Source: Octopus vulgaris (Eukaryota). Taken from it: a stretch of DNA of 64,000 bases. The translations under genes were made by a program, and so were the position numbers. The stretch is from contig OX597822.1 in the NCBI GenBank assembly GCA_951406725.2, positions 20,522,001 through 20,586,000 of the forward strand. Reading direction: 5' to 3'. The notes beneath the pieces were generated by a model. It worked only from the letters and a program-made list of their open reading frames with translations, searched no databases and had not been told where the DNA came from. This document shows, piece after piece, positions 26,450 to 41,564 of the stretch (the stretch's first letter is position 1; each line of letters starts with the position of its first letter).

Positions 26450-28250
26450 TGTATGTAGAGGATGCGTTTTCTGTCGTCTTAATGGTAGGGAAGCTGGAAA
26501 TAAAGTTCCCAAGTCAATGAATCGACGTCATTGCGAAAAGGGGTCGTTAACCTAAGCAAATTTCATTCACATCATAATCCGCTCTATTTCTGCTAGTAAA
26601 ATCGATCTCCTCGCAACATTGACTAATTTTAGCTTCTAACCTTTTTATACATTCTGCAATACCATACAATCATAAAATTCAAAGCTCAGTTTCCCTGCAA
26701 CTCTCCTGTCTTTTTACTTCATACCTAAGTATATTGCGTATAAGTGGGGAGTAGTATCCATCGGTGTTTCAGTGTATAAAGAGAGTTTATGTCGGAGGAA
26801 GAAGATGAAAAGCACCTTTTTACTATGAAGTCATTTTCAGACTTGCAACATTGGTGCTTCTTGTGTGAGTGTGGTTTGTGAATTTTCTATAAAAAGACTT
26901 AACTTCCTTTTCCTAGCTTTGTTCATCAGCGTTCTAAGATAGTCTTTCACTCTTTAACCCATGTGGTACTTGCTATTTTCCAATAAGTTCTGTTGTCTGC
27001 AATTACTTCCCAACCAGCAAGTTTAATGTTGAGTCGTTTCTATATCACGCATATATACATCCTTTGTCTCTCAATCTGGATGCCAGTTCACAATGCATTA
27101 GTTTTTTTTTATTACGTTCGTCATCTGGTGCAGGAGAGTGAACATTGAAAGGGTAGTTGTCTTTGTAAGTATGTTAATGATTTAGATCTTGTCCTACTAT
27201 TTCATATCAAGCGTTTTTTACCGACAACTCACATGGAACATGTAAGGTGTTTCATGAAAAATTTATGTCGTCTACCACTCGCAGTTATGTGGAAGTGTGC
27301 TGAAAAAACGAACCTTGTACCCCACGACCTTGATAAATTTCCTGAACTGACTATCCTTCCGTACTTTCTCAGTGAATCATGAAAAAGAAATAGCTGCTTT
27401 GACGATGTGCTCATGAATTCTGCATTCAGGGTGAAGTGGAAGTAGCTGAGCAACCAAGGTATTGGGACTCATGTACAACCAAATCTTTACTTCTGGTTTT
27501 AATTTTTAAAAATGGCTGCAGTTCTTTGTTCCATCACAAGAATCTTTTTGAGGTTGATTGTACTATAAAATAGATTGCAAAATATTGATAGTCCAAATGG
27601 TTTTGTAATTCTTCTGGAAGAAGCTGCACTATCAACAAATAATGTATCTCTCATGGTAACATACTTAGATTTTATCTTTAGTCTGGCTACACTAAGGATC
27701 CAGCCAACTGATCCTGAGCGGAGCCAACTGATCCATTAGTTGAGGATTCCATGCGCATTTCTGAAGCAGCACAAAGAATATTAAAACATGTTTGAGCAAG
27801 TATACAGCCTGGCTTGGCTCTATTCTTCACACCAAAATTTCTGGAAATAAGCATTCTACATACCAAATTCCTGGAAATAAGGATTCTTCACATCAAAATT
27901 CCTGGAAATACCACACATTGCTCATCATCATTTTGGACAGATATTATGATGCTTAGTTGTCTAATTGGGTAACCACAGTGTTGTGATATCTTAAACACGG
28001 TGATTTTGCTAAGATGAAGTGTCCTCACTAGATACAAAGGCCAATAATATCATTAAATAGGCTTCTAGACTTTGCCAAATGGGTCTGGTAAAGAGCAGCA
28101 ATATCTCCTTGAAAGCGAGAGAGCTTGATATTTATGATGACTGCTTTGCAAGAATCATTTATACTCTGAAGATAGTTTGAAAAGACATGTATCTGCTAAT
28201 GAACATTTCAGTACATCATCCTCAATTTGGGGCTTAGTTCTTTCTGTTGA
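26450..28250 (-). mobile_element. Degraded RTE-like LINE remnant(s)
   Basis: Minus strand ~27460-27270 resembles the RTE thumb region (LNAE..I.KAA..RKV..STL...CE.W); many stops and shifts; outer limits uncertain. Confidence 0.4.
27822..27910. repeat. ~31 bp minisatellite, 3 copies
   Basis: ATTCT(T)CACA..AAATT(T/C)CTGGAAATA repeated three times. Confidence 0.8.
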
Positions 28251-28515
28251 TACTGTTGTTGATGTTGCTATTGATGTTATTCCCTACCCTATGCCAAACC
28301 TTTAATTTACGGGGACGTAGTGGGAAACTATTGTTGGATACTTGGGGTATTTTCACTGGCCTATATGTCATATTTCTGGGGAAAGACCACCTTGAGTTCT
28401 GATAAATTTACCCAGGGGCCACATGAAACCCAGTCACTTTGCATCACCATGTTCGCCTCCAGCTAAATGAGAACATTACGTCACACTATAACTGTAGTAG
28501 TAGTAGTAATAATAA

Positions 28516-28565
<50 letters not shown>

Positions 28566-28934
28566 ATAGTTTAGTTGTTGTCATTGTGTTGCTGTATATC
28601 CCAGTTGCAATGCTGCAATTTGTTTTCGTCACTAAAGCCTTTGGGAAATTTATGAACATCTCAAATATCCAACTGTTCAAGGCTAGTACAAACCAGTGAT
28701 CATGCAAACCAACAAGAGATCTTCGTGATTGCTCAAACTGCTAGAAATAACAGCCAAATCCCTCCTTACTTCAACCGCCATAAGAAGGGAATAATATAGT
28801 TCTAAATAAACTGTCTCTCAGAAAAAATAGCAACAAAATAAAAGAAACCAACTGTATAGACAATTTCATGACTTAACGGAAGAACAGGAGTACGAATAAA
28901 TTTCGCAGGACGATTAAGAGAGAGCATTCTCTCA

Positions 28935-28979
<45 letters not shown>

Positions 28980-29321
28980 AAGACATGTTGGAGGTGATGG
29001 TGGCGGAGAGTGGAAGAAGTCCTGGTTTTTGAAGTATTCTGAACACTGAAGCCTGGTTTGAATGCTTGCCGCTAACAGCATTCAAGATAGAAGTAGCGGA
29101 GTCTGATTTTACTATATGTTTACTCGATCAGAACTAACTTAGGGTTCAACAAAAGACAATGAATCGCCTCTAGTTGTTTCTAGGGATTTAACAAAGTAGC
29201 ACCAATCTGCTAAGCCAGTTTCGATTACCAGTCAGACTCACTGAACATTACTTCTTAAGTCTCTCAATTATGCTCTCAAAATTCTGAACATCAAAATTTC
29301 ACGTGTCCTTTCTCCACTCTG

Positions 29322-29436
<115 letters not shown>

Positions 29437-29632
29437 GGACGTGCTGTCAGTTCGGCTCCGAAGGTAATCGTTTATTTTGACTATTTATAGCCCATATTTT
29501 GTGTACATTTTTGCAAATAAGGTGTGTAAGGCACCCAACTTTCATTTGAGTGCTTTTCCAAGGGAGGAATTCGCCCCTAGGGGCAGTTTCAACCCCATTT
29601 CATTTCTGTAATTTTCTTCTCGACATTAGAAA

Positions 29633-31521
29633 ATGTCGAGAAAATTTATTGTAGAACGCTGGTCGCGTTCTTTTATGGACCAGCATTTTCCTAGTCTGGA
29701 AACGCTAGGAGAAAAAAAGAACGTACGCACGCAAAATGCAAACATGAATATCGGTGGAATGAACGCTGCAACCACGTGCAGTAACAGCCCTGTCACCACC
29801 ACCACCACCACTAACAACAGCAACCACGAGACTACTACTGCTACCGCCACCACCTCCACCACCACCACCACCACCACCACCACCACCACCACCACCACTA
29901 CCACGACCAACATAAATGATAAAAATAAAACTCACACGAAGACTATTGAAAAAAACAACAGCAACAACAAGAACAACAATAAAAATGAACTATCTAATAG
30001 TGAAGATGTTAATACAAAAAAATCAACAACACCAGTAAATTTCGCTGACACTCTTCGCCAGAAGAAGGAAATTGTAACATTTACAAATGAAGAGCTCATA
30101 GAAACAAGAGCTCTCTTTACAACCCGTGAACAAGATTTAGTGCTGCATACACCTCAACACATAAAGCAAGAAATAGAAAATAAGACAATTATTTATAAAA
30201 TTATAAGAAAAAACAAAAAACTAAATGAACAGATTACAAAAACGGATGTAGAAAAATGCTTAAAAAACATAATGAAAGAAAAAGAATATATAAACTGGGG
30301 TCCCCAGTTTAACACAGTAGTGGTCCGCTTCCCTAACCAGGAAGTGGCAAAAGCTCACTCTACTGAGTCTCTGGGAAATGATGAAATCATCATGGTCCCA
30401 TACTATAAAAACCAGAGAGTGAGTCGAATCACTATTAAAAATGTACCTCCCGAGATTCCTAACAAATGGATAACAGGGGCAATCTGTTACCATTTAAAAA
30501 ATATCAACATTTTGGAAACCGCCGTGTACCTTGGCGATATTTGGGGTGGGAAGACAATAGTGGTGACTATCAGATTGAGCCTACCGAATCGAGATCCACC
30601 GAATAAGATATCCTATATGTTGTAGCAGAAGGCAAAAAGCCTAGATACTACAACTGTGGCAGCCCCGAACATTTAATTGCCAAGTGCGCTCTGTTACAGA
30701 AAAACCAAGAAAGAACAAATCAGAAAACAAATAAAAAACCCTTGTTGCCAACACCAACACCAACACACTCAATTATGGAACAATGCCAAGAAAAACAACA
30801 AACCAGCAAACAAACCCCAACAACATCACCAAGAAAAGAAACAGTACCAACACAATCACCGTTGACGTCACAACCAATTAAACATGTTGAATCAACAAAA
30901 AATAGACCAACACCCACAACCAGGACGACAATTAAAAAGACAGAAAACAGTGACGAGAAGACAAATTCTACCCCTAACACCACAACAACACAAACACCGC
31001 ACAAAACATCAACAATTTTTACAAGCATACATAGTAATGCAAATGCTTTGCCTTTACCTTCTACTGATACGTCGGACGACGAAAGTTCGACGGAATGGCA
31101 AATAGCCACAGGGGGTAAAAGGAAAAGATCCCAAAAATCCACCAAACAAGGAAGTAAAGCAGGGAGATATCTAACTCCGGACAACATCCCCCTAGACAAT
31201 AAAAAAAGCAATGAAACCGTAAAACCACACACACAACTAACTGCAATAGACACAGACAATAAAGAATTAATGGACTACATCACATCCAGCACGGTCATCT
31301 GTGAAGATGACTTTAAGACAAACAATCATCCGCACACCACACCACCGAAACACATCAGAATTTTACACATAACACAAGCACAACACCACATACTGAAAAC
31401 AATATTTCCGAATGCGGTAGGCGGGTTTCAACGATACCTGTCGAAAAAACTATACAAACACCTCATCAAAAACAATACAAAAGAAGAAGTAAAAAATGAA
31501 ACTTTTAAAATGAGTAAGTGA
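29633..31521 (+). pseudogene. Tx1 ORF1 (gag-like nucleic-acid-binding protein), one frameshift near 30575-30610
   Basis: RVSRITIKNVPPEI (Tx1/L1 ORF1-type motif); zinc knuckle PRYYNCGSPEHLIAKC (first Cys replaced by Tyr) in frame with the 30742-31521 ORF; in-frame poly-Thr from (ACC)n. Confidence 0.8.
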
Positions 31522-31579
31522 CCTCCCCCTCTCGCCTCTTTTCTCTTCTAATGTAGTGTGTAAAACACAATTTTCGTAA

Positions 31580-34500
31580 ATGTCAAGTATGCTTAAATTA
31601 GGTTGTGTGAATGCGCGTGGCTTGGCGTCGGCTTGGAAGCAAGGTTACCTTCTAAACGACATCAAGTCACTGAATGTGGATATAGTAGCGATCAGTGAAA
31701 CCAGACTCAGTAAGCCGAGGGCCCTCGAGTCCATGTTTGGCAATCAATTTGACATTTATTTTTCTCCCTGTCTTCCGAACATGGGTGGTGGAGGTACCGC
31801 GGTGCTTTTTCGAAAGAGTCTAAATGTAAAAATAAGAGCAATATTCCTAGACCCGGGGGGTAGGCTGGTTGTCTTGGACGTGGATGGCAGAAATGGGTGT
31901 GCATTCCGTCTGATGGCAGTTTATGCACCGTCCTTAACGGGTCGGGCGGATTTCTTCAGACGTCTAGAGGTTTTCCTGGGTACGTCTAGACCTTTACTGT
32001 TAGTAGGGGATTGGAACGCTACCTTGGACACGCATCTAGATTATGTGGGAATGGATAGGAATAGAAGGGGGTGTAAGAGCCTCAAAGACCTGATCAGACG
32101 TTTCCATTTGTCTGACAGGTTCCGACTCGACCATCCGAACGTGCCAACGTGGACTTGGACAAACCACGTCGGATCGTCGAGATCTTATCTAGATAGAATT
32201 CTATGCAGGACAGCGGATAGGGATAGTGTAGGATGTCCACAATTTAAAATAGTCAGCTACACAGATCACAAATTTGTTACGTGTACGCTCGACTTAGATA
32301 AAACACATAGGCAGGGTCCCGACAGGTTTACAGGAACCGGATTAGCGAGTTAATTAAGAGGGCGCTGACGGGAGCCGTCGTTAACAACCGCTGGTGGTAC
32401 GCCCTGAAAATGGCAATAAAATCGGAATCAATTAGGTTTAGCAAGGAATTAGCGATAGAACGAAATAGAGTAGAGGGAGACTTGGTTAAGAAACTAGAAG
32501 AGGCAGCGCAACCAACGTGCTGGCTGCGAGGATGGCCCTCGACCAACACCTCAACGCCAAGCACGAAGGTTGCGTCGTCAGAGCTAAAATGCGTGCCTTA
32601 AGGAACGAAGGGATCGAAGCTGCGCGAGAGGCCCGGGTAGCGGAGGCGCAGCGTGGCAACAGAGCCACCATTCGGTCTCTAATAGATCAACGGGGATGCA
32701 GTTTACTCGAACCCGAAAGGATGTGTGAGGCCTTTCAACAGCACTTTGCTCGACTGTTTGGTGCGAGTGGTGGGTCGGAACGCGGGATGGATTTCAGTGC
32801 CTACCTGACCGACCTGCGGCAAGAGAAGCGGAGTGTTGTGAAAGTCCCATCACAGCCGCTGACGTGTGGGATGCGATGGCGGGCTGCGCGAGGGATAAGT
32901 CGCCTGGATTGGATGGTTTACCCTACGAGCTGTATTGTCGAATGCCAGACTTGTTTGGCGACCTCTTGGCATCAGTCTACTGCAACTGGCAACAAAACGG
33001 GAGAATCCCCGGTTTCATGAGCCGAGGTGCAGTAACGTTGCTGAAGAAAGACCGAAACAAGGGGAATTTTATAGATAATTTCAGGCCCATCACTCTGCTC
33101 AACGCAGATTTGAAAATTTTGGCCAAAGTAATAGCCGAGAGGTTGGCGCTTGTCATTGGTAAACTGGTCGACAGGGCGCAAACATGCGCCGTGCCGGGCA
33201 GAACCATACATGACAACCTCCATCTGATGCGCTACATTGTGGACAGGGTAGTTAAGGATCCTGGCATGGGTGGGGTGCTGATAAATTTGGATCAGTCTAA
33301 AGCCTTCGATAGGGTCGACCATCGGTACTTGGCGGCCGTCCTCAGGGCGGCTGGCTTCGGTCCCGTCTTCCGCGGTTGGATCGCTGCCTTGTATAGCGGC
33401 ATCCGATCGGTGATTCGGGTGAACGGTCACCTGTCGAAACCGTTTGACATCACGCGTTCGGTCCGTCAGGGGTGTCCCCTGTCGGCGCTTCTGTATGTAT
33501 TGACTCTCGAGCCGCTACTGCGGAAGCTGGCGACACTGAGGGGCATCCCACGGGAACTGGGTTGCGGGACGAGCGTGTCGGCATATGCGGACGATGTCAC
33601 CGTCATAGTGTCGAGCGACAAACACATCAAGATGATTGGCGAGACACTAAGAAAATACGAAACGGTGACGGGAGCAAATATTAACCCGGAAAAGTCAGTG
33701 GGTTTGCTACTCGGCACCTGGAGAAGCAAGCCCATGCCGTCCGACTGCGGCTCAGTAGTGGGACGCTGGACGGACGGACCGGTTAAATTGCTCGGGGTCT
33801 GGTTCAGTCCGGACCTCCAAATGGATAAGAACTGGGACGAGATCACGAGTAGAGTGGTCGCTCTCAGCCAAACATGGGCCGAGAGAAACATGGGCCGGGC
33901 GGAGGTGGCGAACGCGTACATCGCATCCGTCATCGATTACCGCCTGACCGTCGTACCTTGTCCCGACGCCACCATCACCAAACTGGAACGCATACTCTTC
34001 TGCTTCCTGTGGAAGGGTGGCGTTCCGATGGTGAGGAAGTTCCATTTGCTGTCAACATCCGTTGAATGGAGGACTGGGCATGCCGTGGTTGATGATGCGC
34101 AGGCATGCGCTGAGACTGCGACATCTCTGGAAATTCATCAACGACGGTGAACAGGTGTGGGCGCCGTTTGTGAGGCGCGACTTCCCGCAGCTCGTCTCAC
34201 TGACCGAACTGCAAACGTGGATCAAAAAGAGACCGAAACTGGACGATTGGCACCGAGAGTGTCGCCAAGCTCTACAGCAGCTCTGCCGACCGGGGTCAAA
34301 CTTGTGCAACTTACAAACGACTAAAGCGTTCTATAGAGGACTAGTGGAAGGGAGGTCCGACGACACACTCGGGGCAAACCTGGGCGTCGACGAAGAATTC
34401 CTAACCCGCCTGTTCAGGACGACGTTCGGGCCGGGGCCTATGGATAACTTCCAGAAATCCCTGGCTTGGCAGTGCAATCGAGACGCACTACCTGTTCGAG

Positions 34501-34963
34501 AGAAGAGCTACAGACACAGTTCGAAAACCATCACCGGACCGACCTGCCCGAGATGCGGTCAGAGCAACGAAACCGTTCTGCACGCACTCGTGCAGTGTCC
34601 AGATATTTCAGAGCTGTGGTCCTTCGTCGAACAGCTGTTGTCACGTGTAGGTCGGACTCGCCTATCGGCCGAGTCTATCGTGAATATTGTTCCACCACCT
34701 TCCTTTAAACGGGAAGAGAAAACGGTTTTCGTTACGCTGATGGCTATGGCGAAAGAATGTGTGTAGTGGACGCGTTTGAAAGGACTGCAAACAAACACCT
34801 TCCTCTCTGGTCAGTATCTCGTCAACTTTTTCAAGTACAACTTGAAAAGGAGGATGAGAATAGAGAGGAAGGCTTTGTCGAACGAATGTTTTAATAAAAA
34901 GTGGGTAAAAGTGGCAAAAATGGTCAGTATGAAAGACGACACTATTTTAAGCATAAATCTGTA
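31580..34963 (+). pseudogene. Tx1 ORF2: APE endonuclease + reverse transcriptase + C-terminal zinc finger; several frameshifts and one stop
   Basis: NARGL, ISETR, VYAP, GDWNA, YLDR, TDH (APE); KSPGLDG, FRPITLLN, DQSKAFD, RQGCPLS, AYADD (RT); GGLGMP; CPRCGQSNETVLHALVQC. Confidence 0.92.
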
Positions 34964-35080
34964 ACCAAAAGAGACAACGAGAAGTAAGGCGACTTACTCA
35001 TGTGTTCTTTTTCGAATTGTCCGAGGTGACCTTGGTCTTTTTTGTTGGTTTTTCTTTCCAAGGCTACACCTAAACTGTGA

Positions 35081-35125
<45 letters not shown>

Positions 35126-35281
35126 CCTTTTTATACACCACACAACCCACAGATCCCTATTGATCAAACGTGTTTTTTTTTTTTTTGTGCCCCACCCATC
35201 CCACCTCGAAAAGAAAAAATTCTACATTGTATTACGTCCATTTTTATTCTGTGTTTAGCCCTGTGTGGCCACAATAAGAAG

Positions 35282-35405
<124 letters not shown>

Positions 35406-35423
35406 ATATATATATATATATAT

Positions 35424-35828
35424 AGGCGCAGGAGTGGCTGTGTGGTAAGTAGCTTGCTAACCAGCCACATGGTTCCGGGTTCAGTCCACTGCGTGGCATC
35501 TTGGGCAAGTGTCTTCTGCTATAGCCTCGGGCCGACCAATGCCTTGTGAGTGGATTTGGTAGACGGAAACTGAAAGAAGCCTGTCGTATATATGTATATA
35601 TATGTATGTGTGTGTGTGTTTGTGTGTGTGTGTTTGTCCCCCTAGCATTGCTTGACAACCGATGCTGGTGTGTTTATGTCCCCGTCACTTAGCGGTTCGG
35701 CAAAAGAGACCGATAGAATAAGTACTGGGCTTACAAAAGAATAAGTCCCGGGGTCGAGCTGCTCGATTAAAGGCGGTGCTCCTGCATGGCCGCAGTCAAA
35801 TGACTGAAACAAGTAAAAGAGTAAAAGA

Positions 35829-35830
<2 letters not shown>
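35424..35830 (+). mobile_element. SINE family B, full length (tRNA head, CORE-like block, internal TA/TG microsatellite, (GTAAAAGA)n tail)
   Basis: A-box TGGCTGTGTGG, B-box GGTTCAGTCC, GCGTGGCATCTTGGGCAAGTGTCTTC; many copies in the window. Confidence 0.85.
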
Positions 35831-35911
<81 letters not shown>

Positions 35912-35927
35912 TATAGAAGAGAGAGAG

Positions 35928-36004
<77 letters not shown>

Positions 36005-36044
36005 CATACATACATACATACATACATACATACTCACCATTTTT

Positions 36045-36505
36045 TACACTTCTCAGTCATTAGGCTGGGGCCATACTGAGGCACCACCTTGAAGAATTTT
36101 TGTCAAACTAATCGATCCCAAAACTTATGATTATTTTGTTAAACCTGGTACTTATTCTCTCGGGTTTTTAAGCCAAACCTTTAATTTACGGGGACGTAAA
36201 TACACTAGCACCAGCTGTGAAGTAGTGGTGAAATAAACGCATACACACTTATATGAGTGGCTGTGTGGTATGAAGCTTGCTTCTCAAACACATGGTTCTA
36301 GGTTCAGTCCTACTGCGTGGCACCTTGGGCAAGTGTATTCTACTATAGCCTCTTTGCCGACCAAAGCTTTGTGGGTAGATTTGGCAAACAGAAACTAAAA
36401 GAAAACCATCGTATATATATATATATATATTCTTTTACACGTTTCAGTCATTTGACTGCGACCATGCTGGAGAACCGCCTTTATTCGAACAAATCGACCC
36501 CAGGA

Positions 36506-36510
<5 letters not shown>
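36045..36510. mobile_element. Cluster of three SINE B fragments (-, +, -)
   Basis: Segments ~36045-36230, ~36255-36412 and ~36430-36510 match parts of 35424-35830. Confidence 0.7.
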
Positions 36511-36560
<50 letters not shown>

Positions 36561-36852
36561 GTATATAGTGAAAAGTTAGAGGTGAACTCTTTTCAAGAAA
36601 CAACAGCGTAGGGTTCAATTTATTGAGCAATTAGATTAAAGTATTAATTTGAAAGAGACAAATTCCAAGGTCAATAATACTCCTCATCAAAGCCGACACG
36701 TATTTAAACACAGAGGGCATATATAAGCCATTATAAGCATGTGAACACATAACATACAAAAACATATATATACATATAATAGTGTAATTCCGCACCCAAA
36801 TCAATGTCGTGCCCAAAAGGGAAGTCCTCAAATGAATCCAATAAACAGAAAG

Positions 36853-36941
36853 AGTCTTACGGCCGTTTCTATGAATGTGCGAAGAAGTGTATAGGTAAGA
36901 CCTTTTGAACTTCAGTAATCCACATTTCGTTCATCAGAGCG
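36853..36941 (-). ncRNA. Type I hammerhead motif with degenerate stem I, in a pLTR-like unit ~36568-36960
   Basis: CUGAUGA...AAUGUG/CACAUU stem II...GAAAC-GGCC-GUA; palindromic ACGGCCGU stem III. Confidence 0.55.
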
Positions 36942-36989
36942 TATGTACGAATTTGGAACTTTTACAATCCCACTAATAATGTTATGATT

Positions 36990-37616
<627 letters not shown>

Positions 37617-37820
37617 TGACATAGAAAGATGAATAATCTTGTTGCAGATTAATCAAAAGTTTAACCGATACCTTGGTAGCAAAAATCACAGCAGAAGACA
37701 GCACGGTTGGAGGTACAACCATATGGTGTTGCAACCGTGCGTTGGTGCGGATAATTGAATTTTAATATTATTAGTGAATTGAAGAAATGGAGTTGAACGA
37801 AGATTGAACAGAAATCGTTT

Positions 37821-37913
37821 TATTTCATTCTACACGTGTTTCGAAAGGCACAATTTACCAAATTCCGATTGAATAATGAGACCATATTGTGTCTTTCTCT
37901 TCAGGAAGAAATA
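37821..37913 (-). ncRNA. Type I hammerhead ribozyme, well formed, in a ~320 bp unit (37612-37933) bounded by (TA)n
   Basis: Stem I UAUUUC-UUC/GAA-U-GAAAUA; core CUGAAGA; stem II GAAAGACACAAU/AUUGUGCCUUUC; GAAAC-ACGU-GUA with a GUA cleavage triplet. Confidence 0.85.
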
Positions 37914-37933
37914 GGAAATCCGTTGGAAAAAAC

Positions 37934-37965
<32 letters not shown>

Positions 37966-37966
37966 G

Positions 37967-38035
<69 letters not shown>

Positions 38036-38047
38036 ATATATATATAT

Positions 38048-38119
<72 letters not shown>

Positions 38120-38484
38120 TTGTGTGTCTGTGTTTGTCCCCCACCACCACCACCATCGCTTAACAAACGATGTTGGTGTGTTTACGTCCCCGTAACTTAG
38201 CGGTTCGGCAAAATAGGCTGATAGAATAAGTATTAGGCTTACAAAGAATAAGTCCTGGGGTCGATTTGTTCGACTAAAGGCGGTTCTCCAGCATGGTCGC
38301 AGTCAAATGACTGAAACGTGTAAAAGAATATATATACACGACGGGTTTCTTTAAGTTTCCATCTACCAAATCCACTCACAAGGCTTTCATCATCATTATA
38401 GCATAATATTCAACACCGTCCCATCCGAAATCGGAACCATGTGGTTGGGAAGCAAGCTTCTTACCACACAGCCACGCTTGTGCC

Positions 38485-38485
<1 letters not shown>
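38120..38485. mobile_element. SINE B 3' half (+, ~38120-38330) next to SINE B 5' half (-, ~38335-38485) carrying a templated patch
   Basis: Match to the SINE B copies elsewhere; 38387-38432 is foreign sequence identical to 38811-38856. Confidence 0.8.
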
Positions 38486-38554
<69 letters not shown>

Positions 38555-39073
38555 CTTGTGGAAGTGTATAATGAATGTATTGGTGCATGCGTGTTTGTGT
38601 GAGTGTATATCTCTTCTCTCATCCTGTCTGTCTGCCTACCTATGTACCCACACCTATCACAGTCCATTCCTTCCTATATCACTACTGTAAATGGAAAAAC
38701 AAACTTTCATGCTACATGACTATGTAAAGAATCAATATTTCTTTAAATTCAATTCTAATTTCATCCAAGTCATCTAAACACACCGCCCTCGCTGCACACT
38801 ACCTCCATTATCATCATCATTATAGCATAATATTCAACACCGTCCCATCCGAAATCAACCACAAATATTCCATCGCTTACCCTCCATCATTCTTATTTCA
38901 TAATACATTAATATATTCTATACCAATTTTATTACTTTATTTACGAATGCATGCATTATTATTAGTGTGTGTTCTTATTGATATTCTTGTTCTTGACGCT
39001 ATCATTGCCGTCGTCGTCATCGTCGGAATCATCATCATCATTATTATTACTATGATTATTAGAATTGTAAAAC

Positions 39074-39105
<32 letters not shown>

Positions 39106-39109
39106 GTTA

Positions 39110-39173
<64 letters not shown>

Positions 39174-39244
39174 CATCATTATTATCATTATTATCATCAT
39201 TATTATCATTATTATCATTATTATTATTATTATTATTATCATCA

Positions 39245-39321
<77 letters not shown>

Positions 39322-39679
39322 GTTGTTGTTGTTGTTGTTTTCGTTGTTTGTATTTGTGTTTACATTTATTATCTTTATTATTGTCTGCGTGTGAAAGAAA
39401 TGAAATTGCCACAGCATCCGTTGTTATTTCTAGATAGTTTTCTATTCAACGTATCCTGAAGCTATCCTGTTTATGCTAACCATGTTCACAGCATGAAGTG
39501 GCAGCAGTAGCAGCAGCAGCAGCAGCAATAACAACAGCAGTAGCAATATTATTAAGAATGAGAATCACAACGACGACGATGACAGTGATGATGATGATGA
39601 CGATGAAGATGATGAAGTTAACGGTAATGTTTATGATGATGATGAGGGTAATGATGATAATAATGATGTTGATAATGAA

Positions 39680-39718
<39 letters not shown>

Positions 39719-40212
39719 GATGTGCATCATCTTGACGATGAAGATGACGGCTATGACGACGACGACGACGACGATAAAAAGCAGCTGCCACAGCAATCGT
39801 AGCATTCCTTAGTATTCTTTTCGTCCATTTATTGACATTTAAAACCGAATCCTTAATGTTGTTTCAATCTCGAAAACAAACGATTAATTTTAAAAAAAAT
39901 TAATACAGAAAAAAAAAGAAAGAAAGAAAATAGAAAAGTAATCAAAACATTACGAACACTCAAACATACACACATATCCACCCATCCACACAAACACTCG
40001 TAAAACACACACAAGAATACAGAACGAATGCAATAAATAAAATATTCAAACTACAAGAAAACACAAATGTTTAAAGAACATAAGAACAACTACAAGCAAT
40101 AATAGAATACAAATATTTGCACACGTAAAAATAAAGACAAACATATAAGACATGTATTGGTACAATCATATTTCTATAAGCATACAACTCTCATGGTTTC
40201 ATGCACATACGC

Positions 40213-40258
<46 letters not shown>

Positions 40259-40524
40259 AAGTATATATTATGTGTGTTCTTTACCGTTGCAAACAAGCTT
40301 TTACATACGCATTGTCTTTTCGCTACACGTACGAAGCGTAAGTACACGTACAACATTTTACATGTATGTGTGTGTGTCGATGCGTGTGCGTGTGTGTGTG
40401 TGTGTGTAATATGTATGCATGTATATATTTATGTATGTATTTCTTTATTTATTTATTCATTTATGTATATAATCTCATTCAGGAACAAATTTCTGCAGGT
40501 CTACAAAAGGAATCAACGTTTTTG

Positions 40525-40561
<37 letters not shown>

Positions 40562-41564
40562 CACTCACACGCGTATATATGCACTCACATTTGGTATGTA
40601 TTTATATGTGTGTGTGCATGTGTCTGTGTGTGAGTGTAAACACTCACAGGCAGGAGTAATTTCCAATTTCCAATCAAATATATGTGCATTCATGCCTCTC
40701 TCTCAGTATACATGCATTTGTCTGTGGTCGTGTGCTTACAATTGCTGCGATATCGGTGGCAATTGTTACTGTGGTTGCTGTGGTTGTTTTTGTAGTTTTT
40801 ATTGTTGCTATGGTTGTGGCTGCAGCGGGTGGTGATTGTTGTTGTTGTTGTAGTTGTTCGTAAACCGATTGTTTGGCGACGTTATCGTGTTACCATGCAG
40901 TGTATTCAAATGATTAAGATAATCTTTGTAACCCAACCATGCTGTCTTGTTTGGCATGACAGTTTGGAGATTTTCTTTCAAAAGCATACACAACCATCGC
41001 AGCACGGTAGCCATAGCACTAAAGCCCCCTCCCCTCCCATCACCATCACCATCACCATCATCACTAGCAACAACATCATTAGTAACAACGCCAACCACCT
41101 CCGACCATCGAAAACAACAGTAACAACAAGAGCGACCGCCAATCAAGCCCACCACCACTTACCATCCCACCTCTTTCATTGTCATTTCCTGAACTATCTT
41201 TCACCATTAACATCTACAACAATAACAACAATAACAAGAAGAATAATAAGCAATAACGACACGATGACGACGACGACGACAACGAGACAGCCAATCAAAT
41301 ACCTTTCTTACTGTCTGTGTTTCTCCTCCACAATCATTATATCATTAATATCCACCAGCACAACAACAGCAACAACAGCCGCACCAGCGGCAACAGCACC
41401 AACATCAGTAACAGCAACAACAACAATATTTCGATTCCTTAATCACAACCACCACGTCATTAATCTCTCGTCACTAACATCTCTTGTTTAAACAACAACA
41501 ACATCAATATCAACAACAACAAATATCATAAATATGGACACCTTCAACACTAATCACATGATCA

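Noticed and set aside
35424-35500. tRNA-like A/B boxes at SINE heads
   Set aside because: No complete cloverleaf, and each continues into a SINE body; not tRNA genes
40802-41491. 229 aa plus-strand Thr/Ile-rich ORF
   Set aside because: Non-ATG start, low complexity and no domain; compatible with UTR trinucleotide runs
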